Assembly: GCF_024521635.1 (NCBI RefSeq)
Contig: NW_026250432.1
Span: 434,001 to 481,516 of the forward strand
Source of the DNA: Tricharina praecox
Lineage: Eukaryota
DNA length: 47,516 nucleotides
Direction: 5' to 3'
Positions 1-12,663 of this stretch are shown here, piece after piece; position 1 is the first letter of the stretch; each line of letters begins with the position of its first letter. The position numbers and the translations under genes were made by a program. A model generated the notes under the pieces. That model was not told where the DNA came from. It searched no databases and saw only the letters and a program-made list of their open reading frames with translations.

Positions 1-926
1 AGCCGGCGCCACAGTTATTCCGGGGTGCATAACCCCAGTGGCCAGTGCCCATTAGCCTGTTCATAGGGCTGTTTGCCTGTATTTATCGAGTTCTCTTCCC
101 TGTTCTGGAGCCGCCATGTACACACATATCATACCGGTACTCTACGTCTACGCGAGTTCGAGAAATCGAAAGAACATATCTACCGACGGCAACTCTGCGC
201 TCTGTGCTCTGTGCTCTTCGCTTTGTGTCCACTGTCGGGCGGATTCTTCGCCGGAAGAGGCCCCCGCGCGCGCTGGGCTGACCGGCGCGCGGGGGCGCCA
301 ACTGGGCTATATTGTACGGATGCTATGTATGGATGGATTGGGACATGTCGACTCGCGTGTATGTATGTAGCGGTGGCGCCTAATAATGCGGAGAACGAAC
401 CCCGTTCCTTTCCCGATCGAGCCGGTGCAAGCTGCAAATGATAGCAATTGTCGAGATTTGACGAGTGAGACGCCGTGTCACCAGGCCGGATCGTCGGTAG
501 TCTATCTATATACCTCATTCACGCAGATCTTTAGATAGATGCACTTCAAAAACTCCCAGTCTCGGCTACGGTACTTGGCCATCTACTATAATAGGTACCG
601 TACTAGATATAAGTTACACTCCCACTGGTCGGGATGCCGGTTCATTGCCGAACCCGACTCCGCACCCTACGGCGAGAGCATCCGGAAGAAATCTTCAAAC
701 GCGGCAGTAAATACGTACCGTAGCCTAGTTTGGATGCTCAGCTAAAGTGACAAGATCCATGGATACACCGAGAGAGCGACGTTCACATATGACATCCGCA
801 CCCAACATCCAGCGTTTAAATAATCGATGGCCCACCGTGAGCTCAAGGCGTTGAAAGTTCCGACGATACTACTACCTAGTTAGCGGCACGCAGGCTGTCC
901 GGGCTCCGGACGTCGACGGTGTTCCG

Positions 927-1635
927 ATGCAGCCCTTTGCTCTGAAGTTCCGATCCCCCCAGCCCTCCGAAAGTGCATCGGATCCCGGTGGTTTTGAAAG
1001 GGAGCGTGTCGCCTGGTCGTTGATGGGGATCGTGCATGTTCCAACATCCCCATTTCTCGAAAGGCGCCCCTCCGCCCGCTCCGGTTCGGTACATACGAGC
1101 GAGACCCCAATGCTCCGTCGTCACCGAGCTCGTTCCCGCTATCTGATTCGGTCAGGACAGGACAATTACACAACCTCTCACTCGCAGCCCGTCGTCGGCA
1201 GAAGGTGTCCCGTGGGGCAACAAGAAAAAAACCTCCAAGCAAGCCGGAAAAACCCCCTTCCGCCACCTCGAGCCCAATCGCAATCGCAATCGGCAAAGGA
1301 GGTCTAGACAGGGAAAACCCCAAGGTATAGGTAGTGCCCCACGGTGCGAACAATCTAGACTGGAAACTAAGTTGTCCGTAGTTAAGGGATCCCCGGTGAA
1401 AGCGCAAGCTTCGTTTTTCGTTTCGAGCCCGTCAAATGTTTTGTTCCCCCCCAAGATCCAGCGCCCAGGGCTTCGCGTGGACTCGCCACTGCGGTTGCAG
1501 CCAGATATACAAGAAGTACAGAAAGGGAGTGAGACGAAATACCATCAAATGTTTTCCAAGGCTTTCGTGAACTCGCCACTGCGGATCTGGCCAGATGTAC
1601 CAGATGTACTGGTACAAACAAGAAGTGAGGCGTGA
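927..1635 (+). CDS. Hypothetical basic/Ser-Pro-rich protein, predicted 3 exons (927-1088, 1156-1324, 1382-1635), about 194 aa
   Basis: Two plausible introns (GTACAT..CTGAT..CAG 1089-1155; GTATAG..CTAAG..TAG 1325-1381) join ORFs 927 and 1372 in frame. The last exon has an in-frame 90-bp (30 aa) internal duplication (VDSPLRLQPDI / VNSPLRIWPDV). No recognised domain. Confidence 0.4.
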
Positions 1636-4600
1636 GGTGAAACCCAGCTCAGCTGTTGAGGAACTGAGGGGTAGCTACCTAGTAGCTAAACTTGAACTCG
1701 AACCCCTCTATGAAGCTATGTACGCCTAGATGTAGAGCACATACTTGCCCGAACTTCGAAGGCTACTATGGTGCTATGATAGTCGGACTTGTCTATCTAT
1801 CAGCTGAGGTACCTAGGTAGGGCCCTGCGCGATGTTTGTTGAACTTGCGCTGCAGCTTGCAGCTTGCAGCTCCCGGAAACAAGTATGTATGTAAACAAGT
1901 TTCGCCGCCTGCTGATCTTCAAACTCCCAGCAGATTGTCAAGCGCATCAGCACTCCCAATACGGTGATACGTTGAATAGTAGAGCGACGTCGCCACTTCT
2001 CCGCGCGGTAAACAAGAACCAACTTCTTGCACACTGTGAGCCTATGACCACTGTTGACATCGGCACAAAATCACAAAACCGCAACTCGAAACGAAACGTC
2101 TGGTCAGGGCTACACCTACCGGTACGGTATCGTACCGTAACTACTACCTATACTAGTCCACGCATCGCCTCGCAGACACATGTAGGAAATGCGTGGGACA
2201 CCCCCGATCGGCCACGCCGGCAGCGGCGGCGGGGCTTCTGGACCTTCGTTTTCTCTCGCCTTCGCCCTCGCCTTCCCATGGCTCGGGTTTTAGTGCGTGT
2301 TCTCGAAGCGTTCGGAAGAAACAGTGCGAGTGATAGCTCGTGCTTGACAGGGGGGGGGACATAATCGGATAGGTATCAAGGTTAACGATCTAGATAACTA
2401 CAGGAACACGGGCTGAGGTCCGCATGTTCCGATGGGAGGGAGGGGATGAGCTTGATGTGTGTACCTAAGCTGTTTCCCTTTTTTTTTTTTTTTTGCTTTG
2501 CTTTTTTACTTGGGGCCCGTCGGTGTTCGCGCCGGGCAAGGACTGCCCTGCCCTCAGTGCCCTGCCCTGTTCGAACTTCGATGGTCAGCAGTAAGTAACG
2601 TTACTCTAGCCGGTGGTCACTGGTGGTAACGGATGCCCGCCGGCCATCTGATTTCTTTCTTCCTTTTCTTTTCTTTCGAGTGTTCCTTCCCGTCGCTGCC
2701 ATGGGAGCCCACGCGGTCCCACGCGGCGGGGACGGCGATTTCGAATTCGCTTTTGCATGCAGTCTGCAGACGTCGTTGGCGCCAATTTCATTTCATATCT
2801 TTTTATATACCTATTTGTGTTTTTTTTTCTCCCTTTCTTCTGCATGCTCAGGTAGAGTACCTAAGATGGATAACTACAGTACTTACTACTCTACCGGTAG
2901 TAGAGTGCTGCGTGTTTCCAGGTACATACTTCCTCTACTATAGAGTACATGTATCTGCCTATTCTGCCTGTATAGTACCTACTATCATAGGATAGGAGTA
3001 GTATAGCAGCAGCAAGTGGCTGCCGCCTCTGCAGGGTCAAGACTTCAGGAGCTTCTGTATGTACTGGTACATATGTAGGTACATGTAAGCTACCAACTGT
3101 GCCTTTGCAAGTCAAAGCAAAGCACATACGGTGATCAACTACTTCTCAGGTGTAGTTGACCAAAGAACATCACGGACGGATACTCGAACACATTCCTCGG
3201 CAGAGCGGGAAAACGGGATCAACTATCAACCATCAAGTATCGCGTGTCGATAGCTAGTTATCCACTTGGAGCATCTAACTAGAGTACCGTGGTAGTGCTG
3301 GGTCTAATTGAATTCTATGGAGGCAAGGGCGGAAATTACAATTATATTGAGAAGTGGGAAGGCGCGCGGGGATCATGTCGACGATCAAAATGGCAGCTTG
3401 CAAAAATATGGAACTGAGGACGAGCCGATATGATAGGCAAGCGAGATGAGATGCTGGGTGGATACGAAAGGAGCGGGTGGAGAGGAGAGAGCTCCTGAGC
3501 TCTGCGCCGACAGCAGCACAGGATTGGACAGGAGGTGAGGTAGGGTGAGGTGAGATGCTCCAAGGACAGACAGCTCTTTCTCTCTCGCTCTTCTCCTTTC
3601 TTTCGACACGGGTAGAGGACTCTAACTTACCTACCCGTCGTGCATGCGCGACATCCAAGAGCTCTGCTCTCCCTTCATAGCTCCCAATCGGGAATAAAAA
3701 GGGGAATTGAGCGGGAAAAGCGACGGATGGCGGGCGGGCGGGCGATGGGCGACGGACGACGGACGCGTCAATCGAAAGCGAGGCGTAAAGAAAAAAGAAA
3801 AAAAGCAAGAAAAAAAAGAGAGATTTGCTCCCTTCGGAAGTCCGCTGATGGGCCGGAACAGATCCGGGGCCCGCGGTGATCCTAAAGCGCGCGGAACGGG
3901 AAGAACAGAGCAGAGCGGAGCGGAGTAGAAGCAAAGCGGAGAAGAAAAGAGCAGAGCAGAGCAAAGCACGAAGCTTCCCCGCTTGACGAAGATGATGGAT
4001 TGAGCAGCATGCTCTAAGTGCCGCTTTCGGAAACCGCACGCGGCCGGAGCTCCCGTTTCCCCCGTCACGTAAGGATGTGTAGTGGTGGAACGCGGAGGCT
4101 TTCTGCTTTCTTTCATTCTTTTCGAAAGGACAAGCGATGAGATATGAAACGGAGGAAAAAGGGATGAACTGTGAACATCGTCTCGTGAGCTTCGTCCCCT
4201 TCCCTTCACTTCCCTTGCCAATTCCTTGCCAATTCCTTACCTTTCCTTCGCTCGGAAGCCCTCCCTCGCTCTCTCTCTCGCTATGTAAGCTGCATGGCAT
4301 GCGGGTGATGGCATGCATAGGCTGCTAGCAGGTACTTGGTAAGAACTTACTCAGTTGGTTGGATTGGACGGAGCACTCAGCAAGTGCTAGTACCTAGCGT
4401 ACTCAATGCTGGGTAAGGATGAGACCGGCGGGGGGGGAGGTGGACAGGGATCGTGGCTATTCCTGATGATGATGTCTTGCAGCGGTCGTGCGCGGTGCCG
4501 CGGGTGGGGGGCGGGGACCAGTCAGGGCAGTCACCACACAGACAGGAGTAGGGAAGGAGTGGAGGCGTTGAAGCTTCGATGTCGTAGGTAGCTCGAGGCA

Positions 4601-5161
4601 GCTCTTGTGGGCAAACACGGTTGCTCTAGATACTCTACACACTGAGGGCCGCGAAGGAAGGGCGGCTTGGCGTCGTCTGTGCGCACCGGAGAGAGGAGAC
4701 CTCGTGGAGACCTCGTGGAGACCTGGTGAGGCCTTGCATTTGGGAAGAGAGACCTTGCTGGGATCTGGTGGGACCTATGTGTTACGGACAGACCTGTTGC
4801 GGTCGTTAAACGTTGAATTGTTTCTGTTGTCACGCTTTCTGTTCTTCCTGTCCGTCTTGCTTTCTTCTCATCATCATCATCATCACAATCACCATAGACC
4901 TTTCCAATTGATCACTTTTTGTCTCAGCCGTTTCTGGGTCTCTCAATACTATTCTCTCTAGCATTCTGCCGGTACTCTGAGGAGGTATGTAGGATGTGTA
5001 TATAGGCAGGCGGTTTGAGTCTTGACTAACTACTCTGCTCTGCTTGACTCTAGTTATGCCCGAAAGAGCAGTTCCATGCGATGCGGATCCATCGTTCGTC
5101 TCTTCTTATCCCCCCACTCGCACCCGCCCTGTCAACGCTGTAGACACATGTGTCTCCGCGA

Positions 5162-5198
5162 AGGAGGAGGAGGAGGAGGAGGAGGAGGAGGAGGAGGA
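5162..5198. repeat. (AGG)12 microsatellite
   Basis: Read directly from the sequence. Confidence 0.95.
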
Positions 5199-5224
5199 TA
5201 CAAGACGAGACGAGGCGCGATGAG

Positions 5225-5328
5225 CCGAGACCAGACGAATCATGAGCCCAAGCTTTGTCCGAGACCAGACAGTTGACAAACTCAGGCTTGTCCGAGACCA
5301 GACGATTCACGAACCCAGGCTTGTCCGA
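5225..5328. repeat. Minisatellite, about 33-34 bp unit, about 3 copies (core TTGTCCGAGACCAGAC)
   Basis: CCGAGACCAGAC recurs at 5225, 5259 and 5292; partial copy at about 5321. Confidence 0.85.
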
Positions 5329-6794
5329 AAGCGAATCTACATTTTTTATGCCACATTCCTGTGCCGAGCAGCACAACTGCAATCTTGCAATCGTGCAATT
5401 TCGAAGGGGGACAGAAAAAAAGGAGTTCCGATGTTCGATGGCCGGGCAGCCTACGGTATTATTATTACTGTGCTACTCTACACTCCTTCGCCGGGCGGTT
5501 ATGCAGCATTCAATTTCCCACTCCCACGGCCGTCTTGTCTTGTGCCCGTTTGCAGAAGCCGCCTCAGGGACTCACACAGCTCCCTCTAGGCATCTCGGCT
5601 TTTTTATTTTTTGGAAGGTTTCCGCGGTTGCCCGGTTACCGTGGCCTCATCACTTCACCATGCCTACCTCCTATCTACCTTTACTCTACACCTTGCCCAG
5701 CTGGCCCTAGCTTCCAGGGTGCTCTTCCCAGCTGACTTGACTCCTAAGAGCTGCCTTACGGTTGTCTTGCGAGCTCGAGCAGGGAACGGCCCCGACGGTG
5801 GTGGTAGTGATGGTGATGGTGATGATGGTGGCGGTGGTGGAAGTGACGGTGTTGAGCAATGGTGGTGGTGGCGGTGGTGGAGGTGGTGATGGGCAGTGGT
5901 GGTGGTGGCGGTGCTGAAAGCGGTGGCAGAACGCAAAAGCAAGAGCTCCATTTGTGTGTGGGGTTTTTCCGCCGTGACAGCGATAAAAGCTCGTTTATCA
6001 GAGGAAGGAGCTTTGACCAGGGACTGCCGTCATCGCGAAGCAGATGGCTCGATGTCTTCAAGGATCACCGTCCATCCAAGCACATATCTGCCTGCTAGGC
6101 GGAAGGCACATGGACTCGCTCTCTCCACCTTACTCGACTAGTGGTAAGTTATGCAGATATGTACTTTACTCGTACATGCATGCTCCAGAGTCTGCTTTAC
6201 TTACTTTACTTAGGAGCAGGGTGCTCGCTTTTAACTCCTTCAGGCTGAGCGAGCCTGCTTGCCTCTCGTTAGGAGAGAAAATTTTTGCTGATTCTCCTCT
6301 TCTCGAGAGCTCTTCGCCGTGGGGAGCTCTTCCACTTCACTTCACTTTCACTTCTCCTCAGCAGTGCAGGAGGGACGTTCGCCAAGATTTGCACGAGCGA
6401 GGGCGGGCACGCTACTTCCTGCGGGTGGGAAATTGACTTGCTTTTCCCTTTCCTTTCCTTTGCTTCTTCTTCCTTTCCTTTGAGACTTTCTGAGGGTTGG
6501 GGTTCGAGTATGTAAGTTGAGTAGCTCGAAGAGAATTTTGCTCTATACAAGTTAACTTCTTAGTACCCCCTCTAACGAAGTGACATCCCTGTGGAAAATG
6601 TGTAGGACACACAGACACGAGACGAGTTCCCTTCGACTTTAAACCAGGGAGAAGAAAAAAAGAAGGAAAAAAAATACCGAGGTGAGAGGCAGCAGGCGAG
6701 GAAGTGTGCACGGCCGGACTCTCCCGAACTGACACCGAGCCGGCAGGACGCAACCACACAGACATCTAGGAGCTCTGACCATGCCCCGTCGCGA

Positions 6795-6861
6795 TGCTTG
6801 CTTGCTGCTTGCCTGCTGCTTGTTGCTTGCTGCCTGCTGCTGCTTGCTGCTGCTTGCTTGC
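6795..6861. repeat. Degenerate (TGC/TGCT)n simple repeat
   Basis: Read directly from the sequence. Confidence 0.85.
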
Positions 6862-8657
6862 ACTTGTTGGCCTGGTGCTCGCTTGCTACACAAATCCTCC
6901 ACGCCTTCTGCCCTTCTTACATACACACTACACTACCCGCTCCATCGGGCGAAGAAACCCACCCCCATTCCCCCCAATCGCACCGAGATCGTGATCTGCT
7001 CTCCCCACTGCTCGCCGCGTGGGATGGATGACATTTGGAGAAGGATACAAGATATCTGCGGCCCCACGAGAATGACAGTCGATACGACGACCTGCTTGCC
7101 TGTCCGTTTCCTGTCCGTCCGTCAATCATGACCACTGCCAATCATGACCACCGCCAACTAGTATGGGGTGCGTCTGATTAGGTATTCTACTGCTGCCTCA
7201 TACCTCTTGCGCGATCCAACTTGATGCACATCACACTCGTTCGTCCGTGGCTTTTCATGGCAGCGTCATTGATCGTCTCGTCAATCTCTCCCTCTGGGGT
7301 CTCTCGCTGCGGGTGTCCGTCCCCGCGCCGGGGCCACCAAGAAAAACGGCCAATCGGCCTCCTGGGGAGGGGGGTTTGGTTTGAAGCAGAAGAAAGAGCG
7401 CTTCCTTCTCTGCAGAAGCTCCGTGTGACCCCTCTTTCATCTTTCCCCCTTCACACTTCACCCATCCCCCCATCCCCATCACGCTCACGGGCAAGCCTGT
7501 GGAGCTCTGCTCGACCTATCTGCAGCACTTGCTCCAGTATCAACAGCCTGTTACCTACATACAAACGGTCAAGATTGGGACTACCTACCTTTCGAAAGCA
7601 GATGGTGCGAGATGGGTGTCGGCAGGCGCACGCAACTGCCGATTGCATTTCATGCGACATCCATAGCCTCTTCCCCCCCTCCAAGTTCCAACGCAACCCC
7701 GATTACAGCTAGAACCGTTCGATCCAGTGCTTTGGACGGCTGGCAGCTGCTGCTGATGCTACTGCTTGGGAGGGATGGAGCTGGTTTCCCCTCTTCTCAC
7801 CCAGCGGCGGCGGCCAAGCCGGAACGGTGGACGCCATAATCTGCAGCGAGCAATACTTACTTTAGTTAAGGACAGGAGCAAAGAAGAAGAAGAAGGAAAC
7901 AGAGATGGGCGAGTAACGTGCATATCCTGGTGTCTGATTGGCGGAAGCTCGATTTTGTGACGAGCTGTTGCTCTGCTGGGGGGAGGGATGGGGGGGGATG
8001 GGGGTGGATACTACAGATAGCTCGCACAAGCTATCCCACCCCCCCCATCCCTCGAACCACACTACTAACCACGCCGCTACCAACACCATCACCAAATTTT
8101 TTTTGCCTGCTATTTTTTTTGTTTTTTTTTCTTCCCTATCCCTCCCCCCCTCCAACCGTCAGTCCTCCACTTCTCCGACCGGTAACGTCTCTTGTCCTAG
8201 TACTTACTACCATGCTCCCCCCCCATCAACCACCCCCCGGCCGCCGGAGCTCTCGACCTGTGCTTAACTTGCTCCATCTGCTTACCTGTGCTCTCCTACT
8301 TTGCTTCCCCTCATCCACCTTCCACCTACCCATCTACCCACACACACAAAAACAGATATACCCTACCCTAGGTCCCTCCACTCGACCTCCTACCTAATCA
8401 GAGAGCCCTCCGCCATCATCTGCATCACTGCCGCCGCATACCTGGAAAGTACCTTATACCTTAATCACTCGCACCGCCATCTCGCCTCAAACGAGAAAAA
8501 ACACAATTCCCCCAAATCCTACGCCTCACACCACCCGTTAAACCGACAAGCTGTTATACGAATACAGTCACCACCAGTCCGTGTTGCTGAATCTTAGCCT
8601 CTCACCGGCGTATTTCACCAACATCGAAACAACACAGCACCAGAACCAGCCATAACA

Positions 8658-10224
8658 ATGCCTCCGATGACGAAAACACCTTTCTCCTCCAAGAATCCGG
8701 CCACTCTGGCTAAGAGCTTCTCGACTGGCAGCCCTCACCCACAAGGCATCATCGGCGAGGTTGTATGTCCGCTTTTCAACAGCGATGGGTCGCAATGCCG
8801 CAAGAAGTGTGTTGGTGTGAGTTGCCGACCTCTCCTCGCCCCCCGAAAGTCGGGCTTGTATGCACGCTGGCGCGCACCGAGACTGACCGCGATCGTCGCT
8901 CTTAGAACTTTGCATACCGCTCCATCTGCGAACACATCCGCCGCGCGCACCCCGACAACTGGATCCCGAAGCTTCCGGCGAGCCCAGAGACATTCGCGAA
9001 GATGGTCGGAATCGTACCGAGACAGAACACCAACGGAATGCAGATCGCCAATGGCATGATGCACCACATTCCCGTCCAGCAGATGCGGAAACCCACCGTT
9101 GCTCGGAAACCGTCAAAACGTAAGTTCGCCATAACAATACACAACACCCCGTAACCGTGCTCTCCCTCATTGTCCTTCCCCCACACTTGCCTGCCCCTTA
9201 TTTCCCGATGGCGCACAAGGGCCAAGGTCGAACCGACCGGAAAGAAAGAAAGGTCTCCGAACACTATCAATCCTTCAGCTGCTGCGCGCATGTGTCCGTA
9301 CCCAGCATTGTTGGAGAATAGATTGTAAGGAGAACCTTTGTGCGAGTACGCGTCAGTGTGTGTGCGCGCGAGTGGTGCCTGGGCCTCAGTTCGTGAGAAC
9401 AAAACTCTCCGTTCCGAGCCAATTCTCCAAACCGCTCTTGCTCTCGCTAGTGTGCCCAACCATGATTGAATCACCGAGCTAACACACCTTGTTCAGTCTC
9501 GAAGTCAATGGATGATGATCACTACCACGACCTCTCCCCTCCATCCTCGGCCACCGACTCGGAAGCCCCCAACCTCCCATCACTCTCCGTCGCTGCTGCC
9601 TTCGCCGCACGATTCCCGGTCTACGACTACCCCTCTCACACCGAGGACGATGACGACATGGACGGCGAGCACGAGCTCGACGAGGAGATGCTCCGGGGCC
9701 ATACTGAGACCGAGACCGAAGACGAGGAGTACTCCAACCCATACTCGCACTTCCCCCCCTACGCACACATCCACCACCACCACCACGCCCTCCCTCCATC
9801 ACGCCCACGCAGTCAGAAGCCGAAATCCCAGAAGCGAAAGCGCCAGAGCACACTCGACTCGACCACCTCGACGTCTTCCTTCCCCAGCCGCTGGGACGAG
9901 CTGATCGAGGCCGCCACCAACCGCGCCGTCGTCGAGATGCCCCTCTCCCCACCACAGACCGCGCAAACACTGCCGAGCATCTGCCCAAATACCCCATCGG
10001 GTATGTCGGAAGCTAGCTCCGAAGGCAACCAGTGTGGACCCAAGGTAGAGTGCACCGAGTGCCGATCACTTGTGGGTCTTAACCGAGCTTTCGTATGCAC
10101 CGAGTGCGTCTCCGGATTCTGCGAGCCATGTGCCATTGACAACGCAAAGCGTGGCGTTTGCAGCGAGTGCAGAGTCATCGGCGCACGATGGAGGCCTTTG
10201 AAGATTAATGTTCTCTCGGGGTGA
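8658..10224 (+). CDS. Putative transcriptional regulator, RfeD-like fungal family (N-terminal C2H2-like Zn motif, C-terminal Cys-rich Zn/RING-like domain); exons 8658-8816, 8906-9119, 9497-10224; 366 aa
   Basis: Canonical introns GTGAGT..CTGAC..TAG and GTAAGT..CTAAC..CAG. The spliced product has CPLFNSDGSQCRKKCVG-NFAYRSICEHIRRAHPDNWIPKLPAS, RWDELIEAA and a C-terminal CTEC..CTECVSGFCEPC..CSECRVIGARWRPL. These match the conserved blocks I recall for Aspergillus RfeD-like proteins. Confidence 0.85.
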
Positions 10225-12391
10225 ACACGGAGCACGATGGCGTTTCTGTGCAAAGACTTGTTGCATATTGTTATTTGGCGTTGAAGGAGTTTCTGAGCGG
10301 CTTCCGGGGGTCGTGGAGTGGTGTGGGGGAGCCTCGGCTGGGTAGCTGTTTTTGGTGAGGATGCTTTTTTGGTGTACGGAGTTTCGGGTTCACTGGTTGC
10401 TTCGTCCGGATTGGCTTTTTTGGGAGCGCGCTCTGGAATTCGGTGCCAGCCTATGGGAGTCGAATAAGACATCACCCATCGTCTACCACCACCACCACCT
10501 CTTCCACTACCACCACCACGACACTGTTTCTCTTTTGGCCATTTCTCGGTAGGAACCTAATGGGGAGCCTCCCCGTCGCCGCTGTTGCGCTGCGGGTCAG
10601 ATGGCTTGTGTAGGACACGCGGACAGAAAATCGAACGAGCGAACGACCGCACGTTTCGGCTTCAATGTATTATTATCGACGAAAAGTTTTTCTGCTTTTT
10701 CCTTTGTTTACTTTTTGGGGGAGTTTTTTTCTTTTCTTGTATTTTTTTTACATCATCTACGGCTCATCAAAAGCGATACCACATCTGTTCTTCATTCGGT
10801 ACTTCATTGAGTACTCGGCACTTTTTCTCTTTTCTCTTTTTTTGTTTTCTTTTCTTTCGTCTGGGCTGGCTGCACTGGAAAAAAAAAGTTTCATCTTTCG
10901 CATTTTTCTTTGATCACAAAAAGTTCGGGTTTTCTGGGAAAAATTTCGCTTGGGGGTCCTTTCTTTCTTTGTCTTTACGGGGGTTTGATGGGATCTATTC
11001 TGTTCTGTGTAGAAAAGAAAAGTTTTTTTCCTCGTTTTTTCTCTGTGTGTGTGTGGTTTGTGTGTGTGTGGGTGTATGTACATAAGAAGTAGGGCACGGG
11101 AGGTGAGGGGCCTGGAGACTCGGGAGACTGGGGAGGGCGCGGGACGTTAATAATATGTTCTGTCTGCAGAATTGTCAAAAAAGTTGTCATTTTACTCCTG
11201 AATCCTGATGAGAAACTTGATCGATTGACCTCAGATCTCTGCCGGAGTTCACTGTGATTGTGTACGTGATAAGCTTGGTCTGGGCCTTTTACTTTTTTCT
11301 TTTCTTTTTCCCTTTTGTTTTTCCCTTTTGTTTTTCGGGTTTCTTTTTTCTTTTCCTCGTGCAATTGGGGGGGGGGGGGGGGGGGGTTTCCCCACAATTG
11401 GGATTGCGATTGGGATTTGAAATTTGTGCAACCTGATTCGACTCGACTCGCGCAAAGCTTTTTGTCCCCACGGGGAGAACTTCGGTGGTGGCTCTGCAGC
11501 AGCCTGTGAGCGCGTCGGGACTCGGCGGGAGAATGAAAATCGTGAAAATCTTGAAGCCTGCGGAATCCGGATGATTGAGACTTCAGCTCTAGAGAGGAGA
11601 GGAGTAGAGCTGAGGAGAATAGCCGGATGCCGGGCCGATTTTTGCCCGAGGTAGGTAGGTACTTACATAACTCACTACAGCTGCTCCAGATGGTCTACAG
11701 AAGTAGAGTAGCTACATACATAGGTGCTTTATGGACATCGTGAGGGCTGGTCTGACCTGGTCTGGTCTGCGCGCCTGCTCGGGCTTGGTAACTACAAGGT
11801 ATGTACTCGAGAGTCAACTAGCACTGTCGCCCGGTGAAAGTCTTGTCTTGTCCTGCGATGTTTCCGTGTGCTCACTGCTCACGGGGCTGCAACCTGCGAC
11901 TTGGGATGAACCTTCGAACACGAGGTATCTACTAGTACCTTAACTATCTTGCCCGCGGAGACGATGGGATGCAATCGTACGTTCATATGTACGTTCGTTC
12001 GTTTTTCTCCGTAAAGTTTCCTTTCTTTTGCTGACGTGCTTTCAATCTCGACTCTCGACTCTCGACTCTGGACTGTCGATTGTCGAGCTTGGGGGAGTCG
12101 GGGGATCAGCAGTCTTCTCTTTTCTTCTTCTTCTTCTTCTTATGTACTCGTCCGGTGATGTCTTTCCTTCCTTCTGCCCATGTGTGTGTTTGTGTTTTGT
12201 TTTGTTTTGCCCGACCCCCGACCCCTTCCCGGGCGACGGGCGTCATCGGTGTGGACATATGTACCTCATACAGAGTACATGCCGAGTCGACATCTACCAC
12301 CTCCTCAGCGCATCGTTCTGCACAGTGCACTGGGGCTGCGGGGGTGTTCCTGGTGGTGCGCTGTCCGTGTGTGCAAGCGAGCGAGACGATT

Positions 12392-12451
12392 TGCCTGCCT
12401 GCCTGCCTGCCTGCCTGCCTGCTTGCCTGCCTGCCTGCTTGCCTGCTTGCC
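12392..12451. repeat. (TGCC)n tetranucleotide microsatellite
   Basis: Read directly from the sequence. Confidence 0.95.
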
Positions 12452-12572
12452 TTCACGCACGCACGAGCTCGCCGAAAGTCGGGGGAAGGGCCTGGCCTGG
12501 CCATGGAACTTAGTTATGTAGCTGGGATCGTGTGGTTTTAACTTTTGTTTTCGGGGGCGGGGAAACATTGGG

Positions 12573-12663
12573 AAGACGAAGAAGCAGACGAACAGAAGAG
12601 AAGAGAAGAAGAGAAGAAGAAGGAAAGAAGAAGAAGAAGGAAAGAAGAAGAAGAAGGAAAGAA
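12573..12663. repeat. Degenerate (GAA)n polypurine tract
   Basis: Read directly from the sequence. Confidence 0.85.

Noticed and set aside
3275..4318. 347-aa minus-strand ORF and overlapping ORFs
   Set aside because: Translation of simple-sequence tracts (poly-Phe/Leu, GAGCA repeats), with no domain or codon bias.
5225..5328. CRISPR-like repeat/spacer appearance
   Set aside because: The 'spacers' are short and similar to each other, the context is eukaryotic and there are no cas genes; it is a minisatellite.
5600..8400. Many 60-160 aa ORFs (poly-Gly, poly-Pro, Leu/Cys-rich)
   Set aside because: They arise from GGT, TGC and C-rich simple repeats that lack stops; no coding signal.
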